Positions 1 through 15,300 of a DNA stretch of 64,000 bases are shown here, in pieces. The DNA lies in the NCBI GenBank assembly GCA_040954595.2, contig CM082576.2, forward strand, positions 7,567,129-7,631,128, given 5' to 3'. This DNA is from Balanoglossus misakiensis. Lineage: Eukaryota; Animalia; Hemichordata. The translations under genes were made by a program, and so were the position numbers. Under the pieces are notes generated by a model. The model did no database searches. It saw nothing but the letters and a program-made list of their open reading frames with translations, and was not told the DNA's origin. The stretch's first letter is position 1. Every line of letters starts with the position of its first letter.

Positions 1-3000
1 GAAATTCGTTAATGATAGTCAAGCTACGATTGGTTAGAAGTTGTAGGGATTTTTTTTACTGTTGTTGAATTAATAGCTCATGACATTTGAGTTGTGTTAG
101 AATCCCCTTGGGAACAGCGCTTAGCATGTTGATGAGTTTGACATGCCTGTAGAAATTGAGTAGTCTTGTATGTTTTGTGTGCGGATTAGAAAGTTTTCAG
201 TCCTGCAGGTACACGAAACAGTAGCACACAGGTCTGCAGGTGAGGATCGAAACTGCCTAATGGCTCTGGGAGACATGTTATCGTGACTTGTCTGCTGAAA
301 TTAATAGTCAGAATAGGTTTCAGTAAGTGATTGCCAGATCGGGGCTTTTCATGCTCTCTAGACTGTCAGCTTCCATATTGAACCTGTAGATAAAAAAACC
401 CAGCAAGCGACAGTGAGCGCCTGATTACTGTTGCATATCTTTCCACATTTTGTTGTTGGAAATTAACAATGGAATCACATCCTTCACTGTGACACTTGAA
501 AACCCATACACTGCACTCCTGTACTGTCATGCAAATTTCGCAAAGAATTCCTTCAAGCGCAGTGTGCATTTTAAACACACCCTTTTTTAAACCACCGAGG
601 TTTGTCTGGTCACAAAAATGCCAGGCATTTACAATTGGACAACAAAGACATATGGTGAAATGTACAACGGTGATAGATTTATTGGGTGTAGATTGTCGAC
701 TGTGAATTTTGTCAATGCGTAGTGGCTCTCTTGAATCAGCTGTACCAGTTAGAAGTTGATGAGGTTTGTTTTTGCGTAGTGGACCGGTTTTTGGGAGGTT
801 TACGTTATAGTTCTGTTCTCATCACCCTTTTTTGTCCCCCCGCAATTGGACTGGAAATTCTGAGGGCTTCTGTACGTTGCCGACCAATTGAAGCGCAAAA
901 GGGGTGCTCCTCATTTGCATATTTTGAGGGGCAGTAAATTACAAGACAGTTACACCCTTTTCAGTGTTGTGTTCGTACAAGATTTGCAAAATGTGTAAAT
1001 TAAATTCATACACCACTGTCCAGTGCATCTTTTGTAGTCATTTCTTCAGTTTCTGCGATTACTGTACCTCTGATTATAATGACATGGTTTTCAGGACAAG
1101 CTGTGTACCCCATACAGCAGGACAGATACACAGTGAAAGTGCTGTATATGCAAATGTCTATAAGGCTTATTATCATATACCAGAGGCTTTTTTGTCATCA
1201 CCCATAATACCCAGCAGGGGCCTCTAGTTTTAACGCTATGGCGGTGATATGTCGGTAACAGTGAAAAGTTTTGCCGAAACTCTTCATGATACTGTGCTAG
1301 ACAGCCCACTTCACCTCGTCCGTCAACTGCACACACCGACAAAATGTGGAGGCTAAGGTAATTCAGTTGTCTCGTGTTGTTGTGTTAATACACGTTGTTA
1401 ATTGGGCGTCGATCTGATCTGGTGATCTGACTGTTTTGTTTGTGAAAAGGCAAAGTGAAGCAGGCATGAATTCACTGGAAGGTCTTTTAACAATAGTGTT
1501 GTGGTCATGAGTTCTGCTGTGTCTGGTTATACAAAGTGTGAGAGAGACACATTAATGAGAGTGGCGCGTGAAAAAGTTGTGGACAGAGAGATTTCCCAGT
1601 AGCATTTTTCTCTAATCTTGAGTTACTGTAAGTAGTATTAGGACACACGGACATCCTCTTTGGAAGTGGGGAACTTGTTGCTGTTATTAATCACACTTCG
1701 GTCTTGCGTTTTAAAATCAATCAATGGGCAACTGACCACATTTTAGGTTTTGGGACCACGTACAATTCCGGTGTGGTTGGTGCCCATGGAAGGCAGTTTG
1801 ACAAAACATTACAGTACACACATTGTTACAATCAATTGAACATGACTTGAAAAGAAACATCAACCATACCAGCAGAGTTGTCGACACCGATGATGTTTTT
1901 ATTGTCATCTGCCGATGTTGTGTATGTCAGATATTTTGTTCACCAAGAGAGCTCACACGGCCGGGCCATTAAAAGTGGTCTTGTTCCAGTTCAATTGATG
2001 TGAAGTCATAAAACACGATGAAAGGCAGCTACGGTACCTCCCTTTCTCTTCACTTGTCACCACTGTTTTGTGGAGTTTTTTGTGTGTATTTCACAAAGTG
2101 GTAAAATGCACTTGGAATAATGGAATACCCATCTTTGCATTGCATCACGGTGACCGACCAAATGTGGACAGCCATTGACTCTCATGAAATAGACAACTGC
2201 AACATGATCGGTGTTCACGTATTTGGTTCCAAAGAACTGGCTGTTCTGAACTGTGTCATCCAAATTTAACCCACACAGATTACCATAAAAAAGTGTAATG
2301 TTTATGTGGCGTTCTGTGCGAGAAACGGACATGTGTTGCCGATGGTTTCTGATAAAGTCAGCCAGTCAGCTGGCTTTGCAGGACATTGGCATGACCTAAA
2401 ATAATACGGTTATGTTTAATAGCACAATTGCTCTGAATTTGTCTCAGACGATGGATCACAACAGAACTAACGTACTGTAGTGCTATATCCTGTTCCCAAG
2501 ATCTCCCTGGCCTTGACTTCACCCGTAGTACAATGCACAAGGTTATGGGGAGTGCTTGTCAATATCTGTGATGTCACATGTGCATTGAGGTATCATCAGC
2601 CTGTGTGCATTGCAGTGGAAATGACATTGAAAATGGTACTGCTCCAATTCATATGATAATTACAATGAAATGGATCTTATCTGTGGACTTGAACTTAACA
2701 GAGAGTAGATTACCAACTCATAAAGCCTGATTTATAAAATGTGGCCTTTTTGTACATTTAATACCAGAACACAGATACAACGAACTATCGACTACCTTTT
2801 GTGGTGTAATGTATTCTGTATAGATGGGGAATGTGTAGAAGGCTGTGAGTAACTGTATATATGTTGTAAATTGATATCATGTCATCTCGGTGTTTGACGA
2901 AGTTCAATATTTTCTGATCGTGCCATTGAGAAATTGACTTTTATGACACAATTGTTTTGTTGGTTATTTAGGAGAAAATAGACTTGTTGCCAAGACTCTC

Positions 3001-3380
3001 TGCAGTGAGTGGATGTACTTGTACTTCCTGCTGTGTGGCGTACATGTATTTGTACCTGCAAAAATCAGCCACCCACCCCACCCTGCATGTATCAACAAAA
3101 ACTGCTATTCTGATCTCTATAGGCAAATTGTAATTTAAGAAAAGAGCCTTTGTTATCAGTTGTTATCAAATAGTTGACCGGTTTATTCGGTGAAGATGAG
3201 ATCAGATGCGTATTATTTACATAACTGCAGGGTATGTATTTACTGTTGACAGTAGTGATCATGTGTTTAAGGTGTTTCTGATAAGGAACTGGCTTTGAAT
3301 TTAGCCCTGGACGACCATGGTGTACTGAGCAATCGGGTGGAAATCTGTAGTTCGGGGATCGAGATCGGGCGGAAAAGAAG

Positions 3381-6300
3381 ATGTCGGTGTTTCGTCTGTC
3401 ACTGCGCAAGAAAGAAAGCAGTTCTGATCCGAAACCGAACGGTAGCGCGGCGCCAGTTCCTGTCGTCAGCAGTTTTAACCTTCACAACCATCTGGGTGAG
3501 CCAGGGTAGGTGTGTTGTAGATGTAATATGATTTGAGGGAATCGGCACGCTAGATAGATCGTACGACTGCCAGTTACAACAAGCTGCATACCAGTATTGT
3601 CAAGATGACTCTACACGTGTTCCCAAATGGCGATATATAGTGCACTGCAGAACTGTTCAAACGACTGTGTGCCTGAAAAAATTATTCTATGAGTACCTGA
3701 TTAGAAGACCAGTGTCATGCTACCAGGTCATTGCCTATCCTGTTATATAATTACACATCAGCAGATAAATTGAAATGATTGAAATTTACTATGGATCAGA
3801 TTTCGTCATTATGATATACTTTCAGGCAATATTGTTACTTTCAAATAGGGTGTAATGAGGTGTGTTTTTGTATAGAAACGGCCTGCAGCCCAGTTTATTA
3901 AAGGACAGCGTTTGTGAGAGAAGCTAATGTTACCAATTAAAGTTTAATGATGGTATAGTGTTTTTAATGTTTCTTGGGAACAAAATCTTCTGTGGGTTCA
4001 CTGACCAACGTGGCATACATGTATGTTCCATAGCCTGTAAATTGAGTCAAAATGATTCCAAGGACATGAATCTGATACGAATGACATCCTCAGTTTTGTG
4101 TGTGAGAAGTTGATTCGTTTACATTTGCTGAAAAAAACCCACTGGATTGTGAGTTCTTAGAAGCCATCATGGTCTATAGGAGGAGGTTTAACGATAAGTA
4201 CATTGACAGTACATGAATATTTTAGGAGACGTACATATCTACAGTGCCTATACATGTACTTTGTGATCATGCATGTCTCATCTGGGGTATTTAGACAGAA
4301 GCCATGAGAGTTTCATCAGTCGAGTACTTATAAAAGTAGGTCACAGTGTTAAGAAGTCAAGTCTGTCAGTACTGATTTTCTGGCAAATTACACCATGTGT
4401 CATTGTGTTTAAAAGCATGCATTCCCTGCCCAGTCAGGGATTAGCCTTTTAGCCTCAGATCCTGACAGAATGAATGATGATGGCTTTGGATCATTGGTAA
4501 TTTCATCATGAACATGTATTTAGTATCTTTCTAATTCCCCATTTCTTTTGGCTTGTTTTCAGGCAAGAAACTGAAAAAGCTCTTTTCAGTGTTTCTCCAT
4601 TATCTAAGAATGTATTAAACTAATTTTATAATAAAAACGTAATTAAGTAGATCTGGAAATGAAGGTGACTTTTTGCTAATAACAAAATGATGTACACGTA
4701 ATACATGTATTGAAAATAAGAGAAGGGGAAATAGAGAATATTCTACATAAAAGAGATGACATCACAGGTAATTTCCCTAGCCACTTATGTTAAATGAATA
4801 TTTTTCATCACAAATGGAAAACTTGTCGGTTCCGGATATGGTTGGCTGCTGACATCAATTTCCATGGCTCAGCGTGACTCCGGAACTCAACCGATTGCAC
4901 AAATGGGGTCCTCAGGTTTTTTTTATTTCTGGCAGGTTTTGTGGAAGCCCCGCAGTCAGACAGATTTTGTGCTGAACAGCTGGTGCGGAGATGCGTCTTT
5001 CAATGCGTGTGAATTCTCAGTTAATATAAGAATTGAAATGGTTTGTTTGCATACTTGGAAGACAAATCAATTAGATTTTCAGGATGGTAAACTCTCCACA
5101 TTGCTTTGAAAATGGTTGGTGGTCATATTAAAAATAATCAATACAGGACATAAGATTGAAAGAAGTGATTTGTTTGTTACCATAGAAACAACAAACTCTT
5201 GTGGATTATTTCTGGGTGTGTGGTTCAAAAAGCATTAATTGGTAGCAATTCCACTGATTTTTCCCCCAACAGCACTCTTGTTTATTTTTTTCTTTGTCTG
5301 CCTCGCAGTGTGTGGTTTTGAATTCATGACATAAATGCCACTAAACGTGAAGGAAATTAAATTGGAAACAGAACAGTTGGGTTTTAGTTATTATACTTTT
5401 ACCTCCAGAGGGGTTATTATGAAACTCAGGAGGGATCTGTGTCAACGATGTCACGTCTGGTTTTATATATCTCATATCTGCAGTAGTTTGTGATACAATG
5501 GCAGGACTTTTGGGAATAAGTTCCCCATCTCTGTCCATTCCGTGCGTGATTGTGATCCGGGGAAAAGATTTCCGTTCCAGATTCCATTCCACGGATAAAT
5601 ATAGAATTAAACTAATGTCATAGATATTTGTCGCGAACTCACGAGATGCGTAATACTTGCATGCCGCTTAGAGGATGTCATCCTCATATGTGGACGGAAA
5701 AGAAAGGAAGGGGAAATCCCCAAAGGTTAGGTAAAAGATGGATGGCAATGCATATACAAATTGTACAAAACTGTACTTTCACTTTTGTATAGAGAGTGGT
5801 CTCTATGTTAGAAACACAAGCTCGGAGAATTTCTTGATCTGTTTATGAATTCTCTTAAGAGTGACCAAGGTTGACATGCTACAAATAAAGTTTTTAATTA
5901 TGACTGGTTTCTATAGATGGAGATGGTTTCTATAGATGGAGATCATGCAACATTCAATAACATGTTAGGTGATGTAACGGCCTGTTTTCCTGTGAAAACT
6001 GATTGTATGTTGTTACTGATTCTGTACTACATGTACAATGGTTGATGAGCAAAACATTCCAAATTTTGCATAAATTAATTGTGTGTGCTCAATTGGCGGG
6101 CCACAGACCTTGAAAAATTCGAAGTCAGAACGAGAGAAGCAAATTCACAAAAAATTGGTGTTCATTTCTGTTTTGTAAATAGGGAAGGGTTAGGTTTTGT
6201 TTTCAGTGGAGTATGATTGATGGCATGCAGTCAGGACCATTGTGTTCCAAAAGGCTGTCTGTTCTCACACAGCACAAACATTCATTGTCTCTGTGCATTT

Positions 6301-9300
6301 TCCATCCAGTGTCGTCGCTTTTATAACAATGCCTTGAACCTTGGAAAGTTTGGAGCTGAGTTTTTATGAAAGCCTCAATTGTATTGTAACGGCGACACAC
6401 TGTCACGTTGTCATTTGCTTGTCCCGTGGACAGGTCAACTGCTGGTGTTGTTTCAAGTCGCTGGGAGTGTGTAACAAACCTCAAACGCGATCTGTGTCGC
6501 CGCATGCGCTCGGTGAAATATCAGATACTGTAAAAACACTGAATTTAATATGTATGAATTTTCAGCTGTTCTGAAGGCAGGTGGATTCTAGACTTTATAT
6601 CAGTGTGACTGACTGAGACATATACCGATATGTGGATGTGTGCACTTCATCAGTTGAAATTTTCTGAGCGTATATTTCACATGTTGTTCATGTGTACAAA
6701 TGTATGGCATGTTCATATCTTTGCATGTGAACATCATAAGCACACACAAACACATAACCTGTATGAATTTGTCTTCAACTCTCCTCTAACCGAAACACTT
6801 CTGTTCTGTTCCACTTGCAGACGTCTGTTTACCCATTCCCAATCCAAGGGTGTCCGTGTCGGCTCCAACAATTTCCACAGGTCGTTACGAAAGTCGTTCC
6901 GCAAGAGCTTCAGGATGAAGAAGCTGAGGCGAAGTCTGAGCAAGAGGGAGACGTACGTGCCGGAGTGTAGCAAGCCTCACCAATGGCAGGAAGATGAAAA
7001 ACTGGTCAAAGCGGGAACCTGCAATTTTGCAGTAAAAGTGAGTAATTTGTAACTTAAGATACTTCGAAATCATGAAGTGGAAAAATTGTTATTTGAAAGT
7101 CCATATTCATTGCATAATCAGTCATCGAAACGCCCTTGTTATACATAATTCCCATGCAGAAATTATGAAAGAAGGAAATTGTCCAGCTCATATTCTTAAT
7201 TTGCATTAAAAACGGTAATAGTACGGTGACCTTTGGTCATGGGTCAAAGGTCAAGTCACCTGATCTGGTGTTTTAAATTCCATTGTTCTTGTTCAGATTC
7301 CAAATTTGATGGAAAAGAGTTGATTGAAGTACAGCAGCTGTAGACGAACCATTATCGAGTCAATTGACATACATTACAGTGCTGCTTGGGGATACACCCT
7401 TGACTGCAATGTCAATACTGTGTAACTGCAAACTTGAGAATTTGTAGCGGTGGCTTTTCCATTGCTTGGTTGGATTTCAGTTGTATCTTGACCCAGTTCA
7501 GTGTTCACTGCCCTGACACATTCATGCATGTCTGGCCAATGCATCTCATGCTGACAGAGCTTATCAAGAACCTGCAGTGTGCCGAAGCTGTCAGTAAATG
7601 AAAAGTAAACCAGGCATAGCTTTCAACAACAACACTCGCTGTGTCAGAGGTCCCACAAAGTAAAATATTTAAAAGTGCCAAATGCAACCCAACGGCGACT
7701 GACTGTCTTGACGCATGGTAATTGTAAAACAAGACTGCGATAACATTGGAATTACTGGGTGTAGTTTACCCATTTTCTGACGTTGCATGGCAGTGAATGA
7801 TGGATTGACTTTGCCATGACCTACTTTGTGTGGTCGTGTATCGGATCCCGGTCAAATGACAGAAACGTGTTCAACTTTGAACTTCCTGGCCCCAAACTTA
7901 ATACTTGAAAAATTTGTGCAGAGCAGCGTCAGATTGTAGAGAAATAATGATCCTCACTTTATCCTGTAGTTTTCCACTTACATCATTTCATTTAACCCTT
8001 TCACCCCCATTTACCTGTATACAGGTCCAACTTTTCAATAGACAACAGTGGGTTTCAAGTGAACCATGGTGGTGAAAGGGTTAAACTTAAAGGCCGCTTG
8101 AAACTTGTGATGTGGTCAGGCGTGGTGTGCAAAAATACTGAATGTGCATTGGCACTATCGCTCTAAACATGGTTGTCTGCTTTGATTTCAGTATTTGGGA
8201 AGCATTGAAGTCTCGGAATCCAGGGGGATGCCGATATGTGAAGAAGCAGTGCGGAAACTCAAAGATGTGAGTAGTTCCTTACAGTTCTACTGTGTTCCCT
8301 TTAGTCTGTGTTTCTTCTCCATCAGTATTCAGTCAAAGATTCCTGCGTCAAACACAATCACGTTGACATCCGTGTGTTGATGTCAAACTCAACAAACGTG
8401 GCAGCGTTCAGACGATTGAATTCTGTGCACGATCGCACATGAAACAATTACAAGAGATCGAGTTGACTCGCAATAGCTGCTACACTCTGCTCCCTCTTGT
8501 GCATTACATCCATGGTTTGACCCGTGGCCCACGTCTGCCTGAGAACAAGTCAAGTCAACCTTTTTGCAATGATGAATGGTTAATAAAGCAAGAAAATGAA
8601 ACCAGAGAAGCATATTCCTGTCAGTCTCGGGGTTTCCTCGGAGCAAAGAGAAGAGATTCGGTGTGGTCGTGATTTACCAAGGCGTCATTGACGTTTCAAA
8701 ATACATGCACGTACAACATCAACCACAGGATACGTTCGACTTGATGTCACTTGCCTGAAGGGGTTAGACTAGTCGTGCAGCTCCCTGTTCTATTTTGGGA
8801 GCATTTGAAAAGTCTACGCCAAGTTATTAACAGTGAGTAGGTAGGAGGTGCAGTTGGTTGCCGTGGTAATGTGACGGTTTCTTTCAAATGTCACTGGAGA
8901 GAAGGAAGTCTAAAAATATCTGACTCTGTGGTTGTTTAATCTGATTCTCTTGAATACTAAAAGAGGCCACTGAAAAGATATTGAGCCACAGAATTCAATT
9001 TGGTCCGAGTTTATGCATGGAATCTTTCCCTTTCTTATTTAGCCGTATTTTCCACCCTATTCTGGTGAAGAAACAAACACACAACACTCTGCTAAACTCC
9101 CTGCCAGTCCTAAGATATTATGCATTGATCGTGAGCTGACCAATTTTACACGGGTCATGTACCACAGTGTCAACACAATATAACAGATTTATGGCACTAC
9201 ATAAAACCATTATTGTGGCGCAGAAAAAAAATCACAGTGGCCTTTTGCAACTTACAAAGTAACATTTTCAGTTTCTTCATGGCCATAATTATTTTCTTGT

Positions 9301-12300
9301 GTCAGTCACATTTTTCACGGTTGGTTTGATTTAACGAAGTTTGTTTTCAAATTAATTTTGGAAGTTGGGGTTGAAATGACCTGCGCTTTCTGAGTAGACC
9401 CGCTTGTTGTAAATCTTCTGTATTGTTGACTCTGTTTTTCTTTCAATCGTGTTTGGAGCCTGATCGGGTCAACACCAGATCAATATTCAATGAAATTACC
9501 TTGATATGACATCAGTCTGGTGTTTGCTCAGACTCCTCATAGACTGTGTTATGTGTATTATAGTAAATGCTTGTGTTGAGAGAAGAACATTATATTCAGC
9601 CTAACCTCTATTTTATCATAATGTTCTTGTCTTCTGACAGATTGGCAAAAAGAAAGTCAGAGCCATTCTGTGGGTGTCATCGGACGGACTCCGAGTGGTG
9701 GATGAAGAAAGCAAGGTGGGCACTCTTGTACATGTATATATGTACATACATGTATATGTAACTGTCTTTTCTTCCATTCTAAATTGTGTGTGGTCCCGCT
9801 TTGCCCTCTGGTTTGTAATGAAACTTACAAGTTTATATATAGATTTCACCCCGCGGGTACAAACGCATGTGAGAACTGTCTGTGTGCGATCAGAATTCAG
9901 TAATGCGAGCCTATGTGGAGAAATTGGTTGAGTTCAGGAAGCCATTCGGGCCCACACTCTGGTGGAAACAGACAAAAGTAAATGCGATGTTGTGGTTCTG
10001 AGCTGGACCAAACTGGATGGGTGGGTGGTGCTTGATGAATCAGCGTAGCCTCTGTGTCATGCTCTGTTCTTGCACCCACACCCGCATTGCATCTGATTGC
10101 CCCAATTACACAACGTGTACACAAACAAGACATATGTCAAGTTTGCTTCAGATGTGGAAGACAACTGGTCTATACTATAGGGAGGAATTTCCAGTTCAGA
10201 GTGCATTGGCCCTACACTGTGTTTAACGACTCCCTATTCACACAGTGCTTGGTGCAGGGGGTGCTGTATATTCTCACCACCACACACAACAGCCAGCAGT
10301 GTTGTGTAAAGATTACAGGTCAGGGCAGAGTTTAACAACTGAAAAAGAAGCTGTAAAAGCTGTGCCCGCAATTAGTCTGAAAATTATCTGTTGATAGGTC
10401 GGTCGCCCTGACCTTCTTTACCTCCCGTGGTATCAACTCTCTCGTCATAAAATTGGTGATGACAGGAGGGAGAGTGAGTATGAAACAAATATGAAGTCTA
10501 AAATTACAACTGAACTGTAAGCAACATGCATGTGAGAATCAGATGTACGGTATACATTTTTTGGCTTAGATTTTATTTCACCAACACAGCTATGAATTGG
10601 CAGAGTAGCCCCCAAGACAAGACCCACGTTTCAAAAACACTAACTATACATGTAGGTTAAGTACGTGCTCGCTGGTTTTGATTCAACCACTCGTTCGGTC
10701 AAAAGAACTATTATTAACCTGAGGCCATCTGTGGCAATTGCTTCACAGTTACATGTAAGCAATCACACACACTCACTCACTACTCGTGGCTGACCATTGA
10801 ATGTAATGAAGAGAACAAATTTGTCAAATAATGGTACTTGTTACACTTAAAGGTGTGATGATAGATTGTCTTTGGGCCAGATCATGAGAACCAGAAACAG
10901 TTGATACATTGTTATTACTGTAGTATTAGTCAGTCTTTTTAGAAGCACTGCAAAAGCATTAGTGTGTGCAAATATTCCAAATAATTTTCATCATAATAAA
11001 TACATATTCACTTATGTTGTTAAAATTGTAAAACTACAAACCAGAAGTATACCAGAAGTGAGATGTGTGTCAAGTTGACATAAATCTCAGCTTGGACAGC
11101 TGTGATGTATACTTCAATACCAACCGGAAAATGCAAATAGCCCTCCCATTGAGAGGTTTTCATTTAGCATTGATGAGATCTGAACAGCTATTCACAGTAT
11201 ATGCTTCATGTGGTGAAATTTGTATGTGGAATTTAAGACACTCGCATAAAAGAAGATGACACAGTGGGAGGCACATTCAGGAAGCACAGTTGTAAGGAAT
11301 ATTATAATTGAAGAAATTCCATCGGAACCTGTACAATTTATGAAAATAGAATTTGTTGAAGTAGAAGCTAATGACCTCAAGCATTGGAGCGCGTCAGTTG
11401 AACTATGAACTATATTTAACCTCTACTTATGAAGATGTAGTTGCTACAAGGCATTTTAATAATAAGTGTGGTCATTTATCATGAAAATTAACTGACAGGG
11501 AAATTATCACAATGGATGTGGATACCATAATACACTTGTGTTGTAGCAGAATATAAGCATTTCAACCACGGACATCAGGCAGATATATTACCCCATGCTA
11601 CATGACATAATTACCTTCTTGTTGAAAAACTGAACGTAATTGATGGAGATCAAACTCAGGGCATGGAATGTTGTGGAAAACATTTTGATGTTATGCTGGA
11701 CGGTATTTAACAACTTGAGAGGAGGAAATAAAAGTTAATTGTCTTCAGTGAAATAATATTTAAAAGATTTGTATGTGTATACTAATAATGTTTTGATGTT
11801 ATTCTGTTAACAGGGATTGGTTGTAGACCAAACTATCGAGAAGGTGTCATTTTGTGCTCCAGACAGGAACAATGACAGGGCGTTCTCGTACATCTGTCGA
11901 GACGGTACCACAAGGAGATGGCTCTGCCATGCTTTCATCGCCCAGAGAGATTCTGTAAGTTTGACTTTGAAATTTACCAAGGTCAGTTATGGTAATAAAT
12001 TGGAAGGGGTGTCGCCCTCCTAGGCAATGTGTGTTTGAATCTGCAAGAGGCAAGGAATGATCTAAGAAATGAATGCCTTGCACAGAACTTACATTAAAGC
12101 CTGAGTAACTTACAGTTTTCTGTAGTATTCTCCCATATATCAACTTTGATTTCCTGTTCTACCCAGGATGGCTTTATGAAGGGTTCAGTCCTTAGTTACT
12201 CAGCAAATCCTGTATATGAGTAACGGCCATTGTGATTGTTGACAAGTGAATTCAAGTCCGGACTTTAATTCACTTTCCAACAATAACAATGCTGTCTCTC

Positions 12301-15300
12301 CTTATGTACCATGACACGATATAACATCACATGACATTACATTACATTTGAATGACATGACATTGAAAATTTCTGTGTTGTTCACCAGGGAGAGAGACTG
12401 AGCCATGCTGTGGGATGTGCATTTTCCGCCTGTCTGGAGAGGAAACAAAGGAGGGACAAGGAATGCGGTGTCAAGGTGGAATTTGATGTCAATAAAACAA
12501 CCTTCGCGAGGCAGGGATCGTTCCGTGAACCCACGTTGACGGAGAAGTTGGAAATGCAGAAGCGGGAACGCGAAGCTGAAGAGAAAAGCAGAACAGGTCA
12601 GATTGAGAAGGATATACGATTATTTTGTAAAATTAAAAAAAAACACGTGTCAATTTCTGCCATCCATTTGTTTCACATCTTATGTTTTCTGTTTGCAAAC
12701 ACACAAGATATCAAAAATCAGAACAGAACTTTGTCAAATATTACATGCATGCAAGATGCTCTACTGAGGCAATTTTGGGTGAACACCACACTTGCAAGAT
12801 AGTGTACAAAAGTGTTGCCTTAGGATCAGCCATGATTAAGCACATGCTCAACAAGTGAGTCTGTTTGAAACGGTGTATTGTCAAGTCTTCTCCCCAGTGT
12901 GTGATCAGAAGTTGAAAAGTGGAATTTTCAATGGTAACACCACGTTGACTCATTCTCTGTCCATGTTCTTTTCTCTGCAGGAAGTGCCTCCCAACCACCC
13001 ATGCAACCAGTTTACAATCCCCATGCAGTACCCAGACGGCACGCAACTGCACAAATGTTACAGCGACAGGGTTCATTCCGAGGGTTCCCGGGACTTTCCA
13101 GCGACACGCCGTTCAAACGGCAGCTATCACTGCGTCTCAACGAGTTGCCGTCGACGCTCCAGAGACAGAAAGACCTCCAGAGCCTGGAGGAAGAATCTGG
13201 TAAGTCTCCCGTGACTCTTGCAGAAATGCAAACTTCAACTTAAGTTCTGTTGAAAACTTGAATCTCCTGATGTCCAAGCCATCTGCCAATGGAGACGTGA
13301 ATGCTGCCCTCACAGTTCATAATAGGATATAATGATGCTTGATTCACATAGCCAACCGGTGAAGCCAAAACCTTTTTTACTTTTTGCTGCGTTGTCCACT
13401 TCCTAGTTGCTGATTCAGAATGCGGGGGTGTGATAAAAATTTTACTTGAATGTCAAAAGTCACTTTGAAATGGAGAGAGCAGACATTTTACCACATGCAG
13501 TGTCTCCCCAATCTAAATCTGAAAAATAGTGACTTATGTAAACTGGGTCTGTGCAGAAGCCATTAATAGGTATGAATTATAGATTCATCGACTCAGGAAC
13601 TGCGAAAAAAATGAAGAGTAGTCTTAGATTGCGTAGGAAGTAAATCCCCCAGGAAATGATCAAAAGTAGTAGACTCAGCATAGAAGTCACAGAAATTGCA
13701 AAAGGCTAAGAGGGCTGACATTTCAAGTTTTCATGCAATTTCCTTCGGGTATTTCAATCTCACCCGCCCCCCATTAACGAAGTCTGCATTAAACTGGTCT
13801 TACTTAGAAGGCCCTGTAAGTGAATTTTTTTCTCTTTATCAGGAAAAGCATGAACAATAACTCTTGCATCCCAAATTCAAAAATGCAGAGGGACTTTATT
13901 TTATCTCCCATATACAGCACTAACTATCTACACACGTTTTTTTTTCCAGGATCGCCAACATCTCCCCTATCCCCCAGCCGTTCCCAACAACAGCCTACCC
14001 ACTTCCAGGCTTTCCAGACTCCTCCAGCACCACCACAACCCCAGCAGCCAACCGGAGGGACGAGAGCTGCCCACCAACAGGAGAGCATCAGCGCCATGTG
14101 TCAACAATTGAGCCTCGGACTGGACGAACTCAGCAAGAGAGACCCGTTCGCCGACTTCTCAGGAATGACAACCCCGTCTCCAGTCTCCAATGTGGCGTCC
14201 ACCGCAGTGGGCACCCCCGTCTACTCGCCAACCAGACAACCTCCTCCTCCTCAGCAAAGTAAGTCAGTCTCTCAGAAATTTGTCCCTGTATTTTGATGGA
14301 AGTTTTTTTTTTGGGGGGGGGTTGCAGTGTTTAGTTGTATTGCCCACATTTGAAAAATAATATACCGGTAATCACAAATATTTACAATTAAATGTAATAC
14401 ATTATAACAACTTCTGAAAAGATTGTATACTTATATAAGTACAGTTTAGGGTAATATTAATACTATGGCAGTGAAACTAAAGTCTAACAGAAAATTCCAT
14501 CTTCTGTGGTTCAGATTTATAGACAGTTTTCACTATAATTGCTTTGTTTGTATTTTTGCACAGATTTTGCCACTTCACCAGTTGCTGTGAGTAACGCAGC
14601 TTTACCGATTCGACAAAGCAATCCTTGGGAGCAGAGTCCAACCATGGCGGCCACAAACACTTCCCCCAACCAACCTCAGAAATCCGGCTGGACGCCTGGA
14701 CACCGACGACAGCTCTCGGACGCCGACAAGTGGTTGGAGACGGCCGAGCGCACAGCCGGGGCGAATAACAGTCCGGGGAATCCCTTTGCCGGTGGTACAC
14801 AGCCTGGAGGTGGTGGTAGCAGCAGTGTTGTCAAGAGTCAGTCCAGCCCGTACAATTTGTCCACCCAGCGTGGCACGCCTCCCGCCACCCGGCCGCCGAT
14901 GGTCAAGAGCCACACGATAAACGACCCCTTCATGCCTATGCAGATGCAGCCATCTCCGCAGAAAGCGCCACCACCAGCGACCACGACGAGAAACAATCAG
15001 TATAACGGGGTGGGCAACCCGCAGCAGCAGGTCAACTACACCAATATCGGCGGTGGTGGCGCGGCCAGAGTGGCCAAGCTGTCTCCGGCCGCCCAGCAGA
15101 GAACGTTTAACGGGGGACTGAACAATGCGTGGAATAACGACGCGTCGCGCAGCCTGTCTTCGGGCCACCACCACCAGCAGTCGCCGCCGCAGTTTGACGC
15201 CTTCGACGCCCAGTGGAACGCGCTCAGCAACCGGCAGAGCCAGACACCGAGCCCGGGAAATCCTTTCAGCAGCACCAGCGTGGTGAAAACTTTTGAAATC

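Noticed and set aside
5905-5943. Tandem duplication TGGTTTCTATAGATGG(G)AGA x2
   Set aside because: Two-copy local slippage in an intron, with no further structure.
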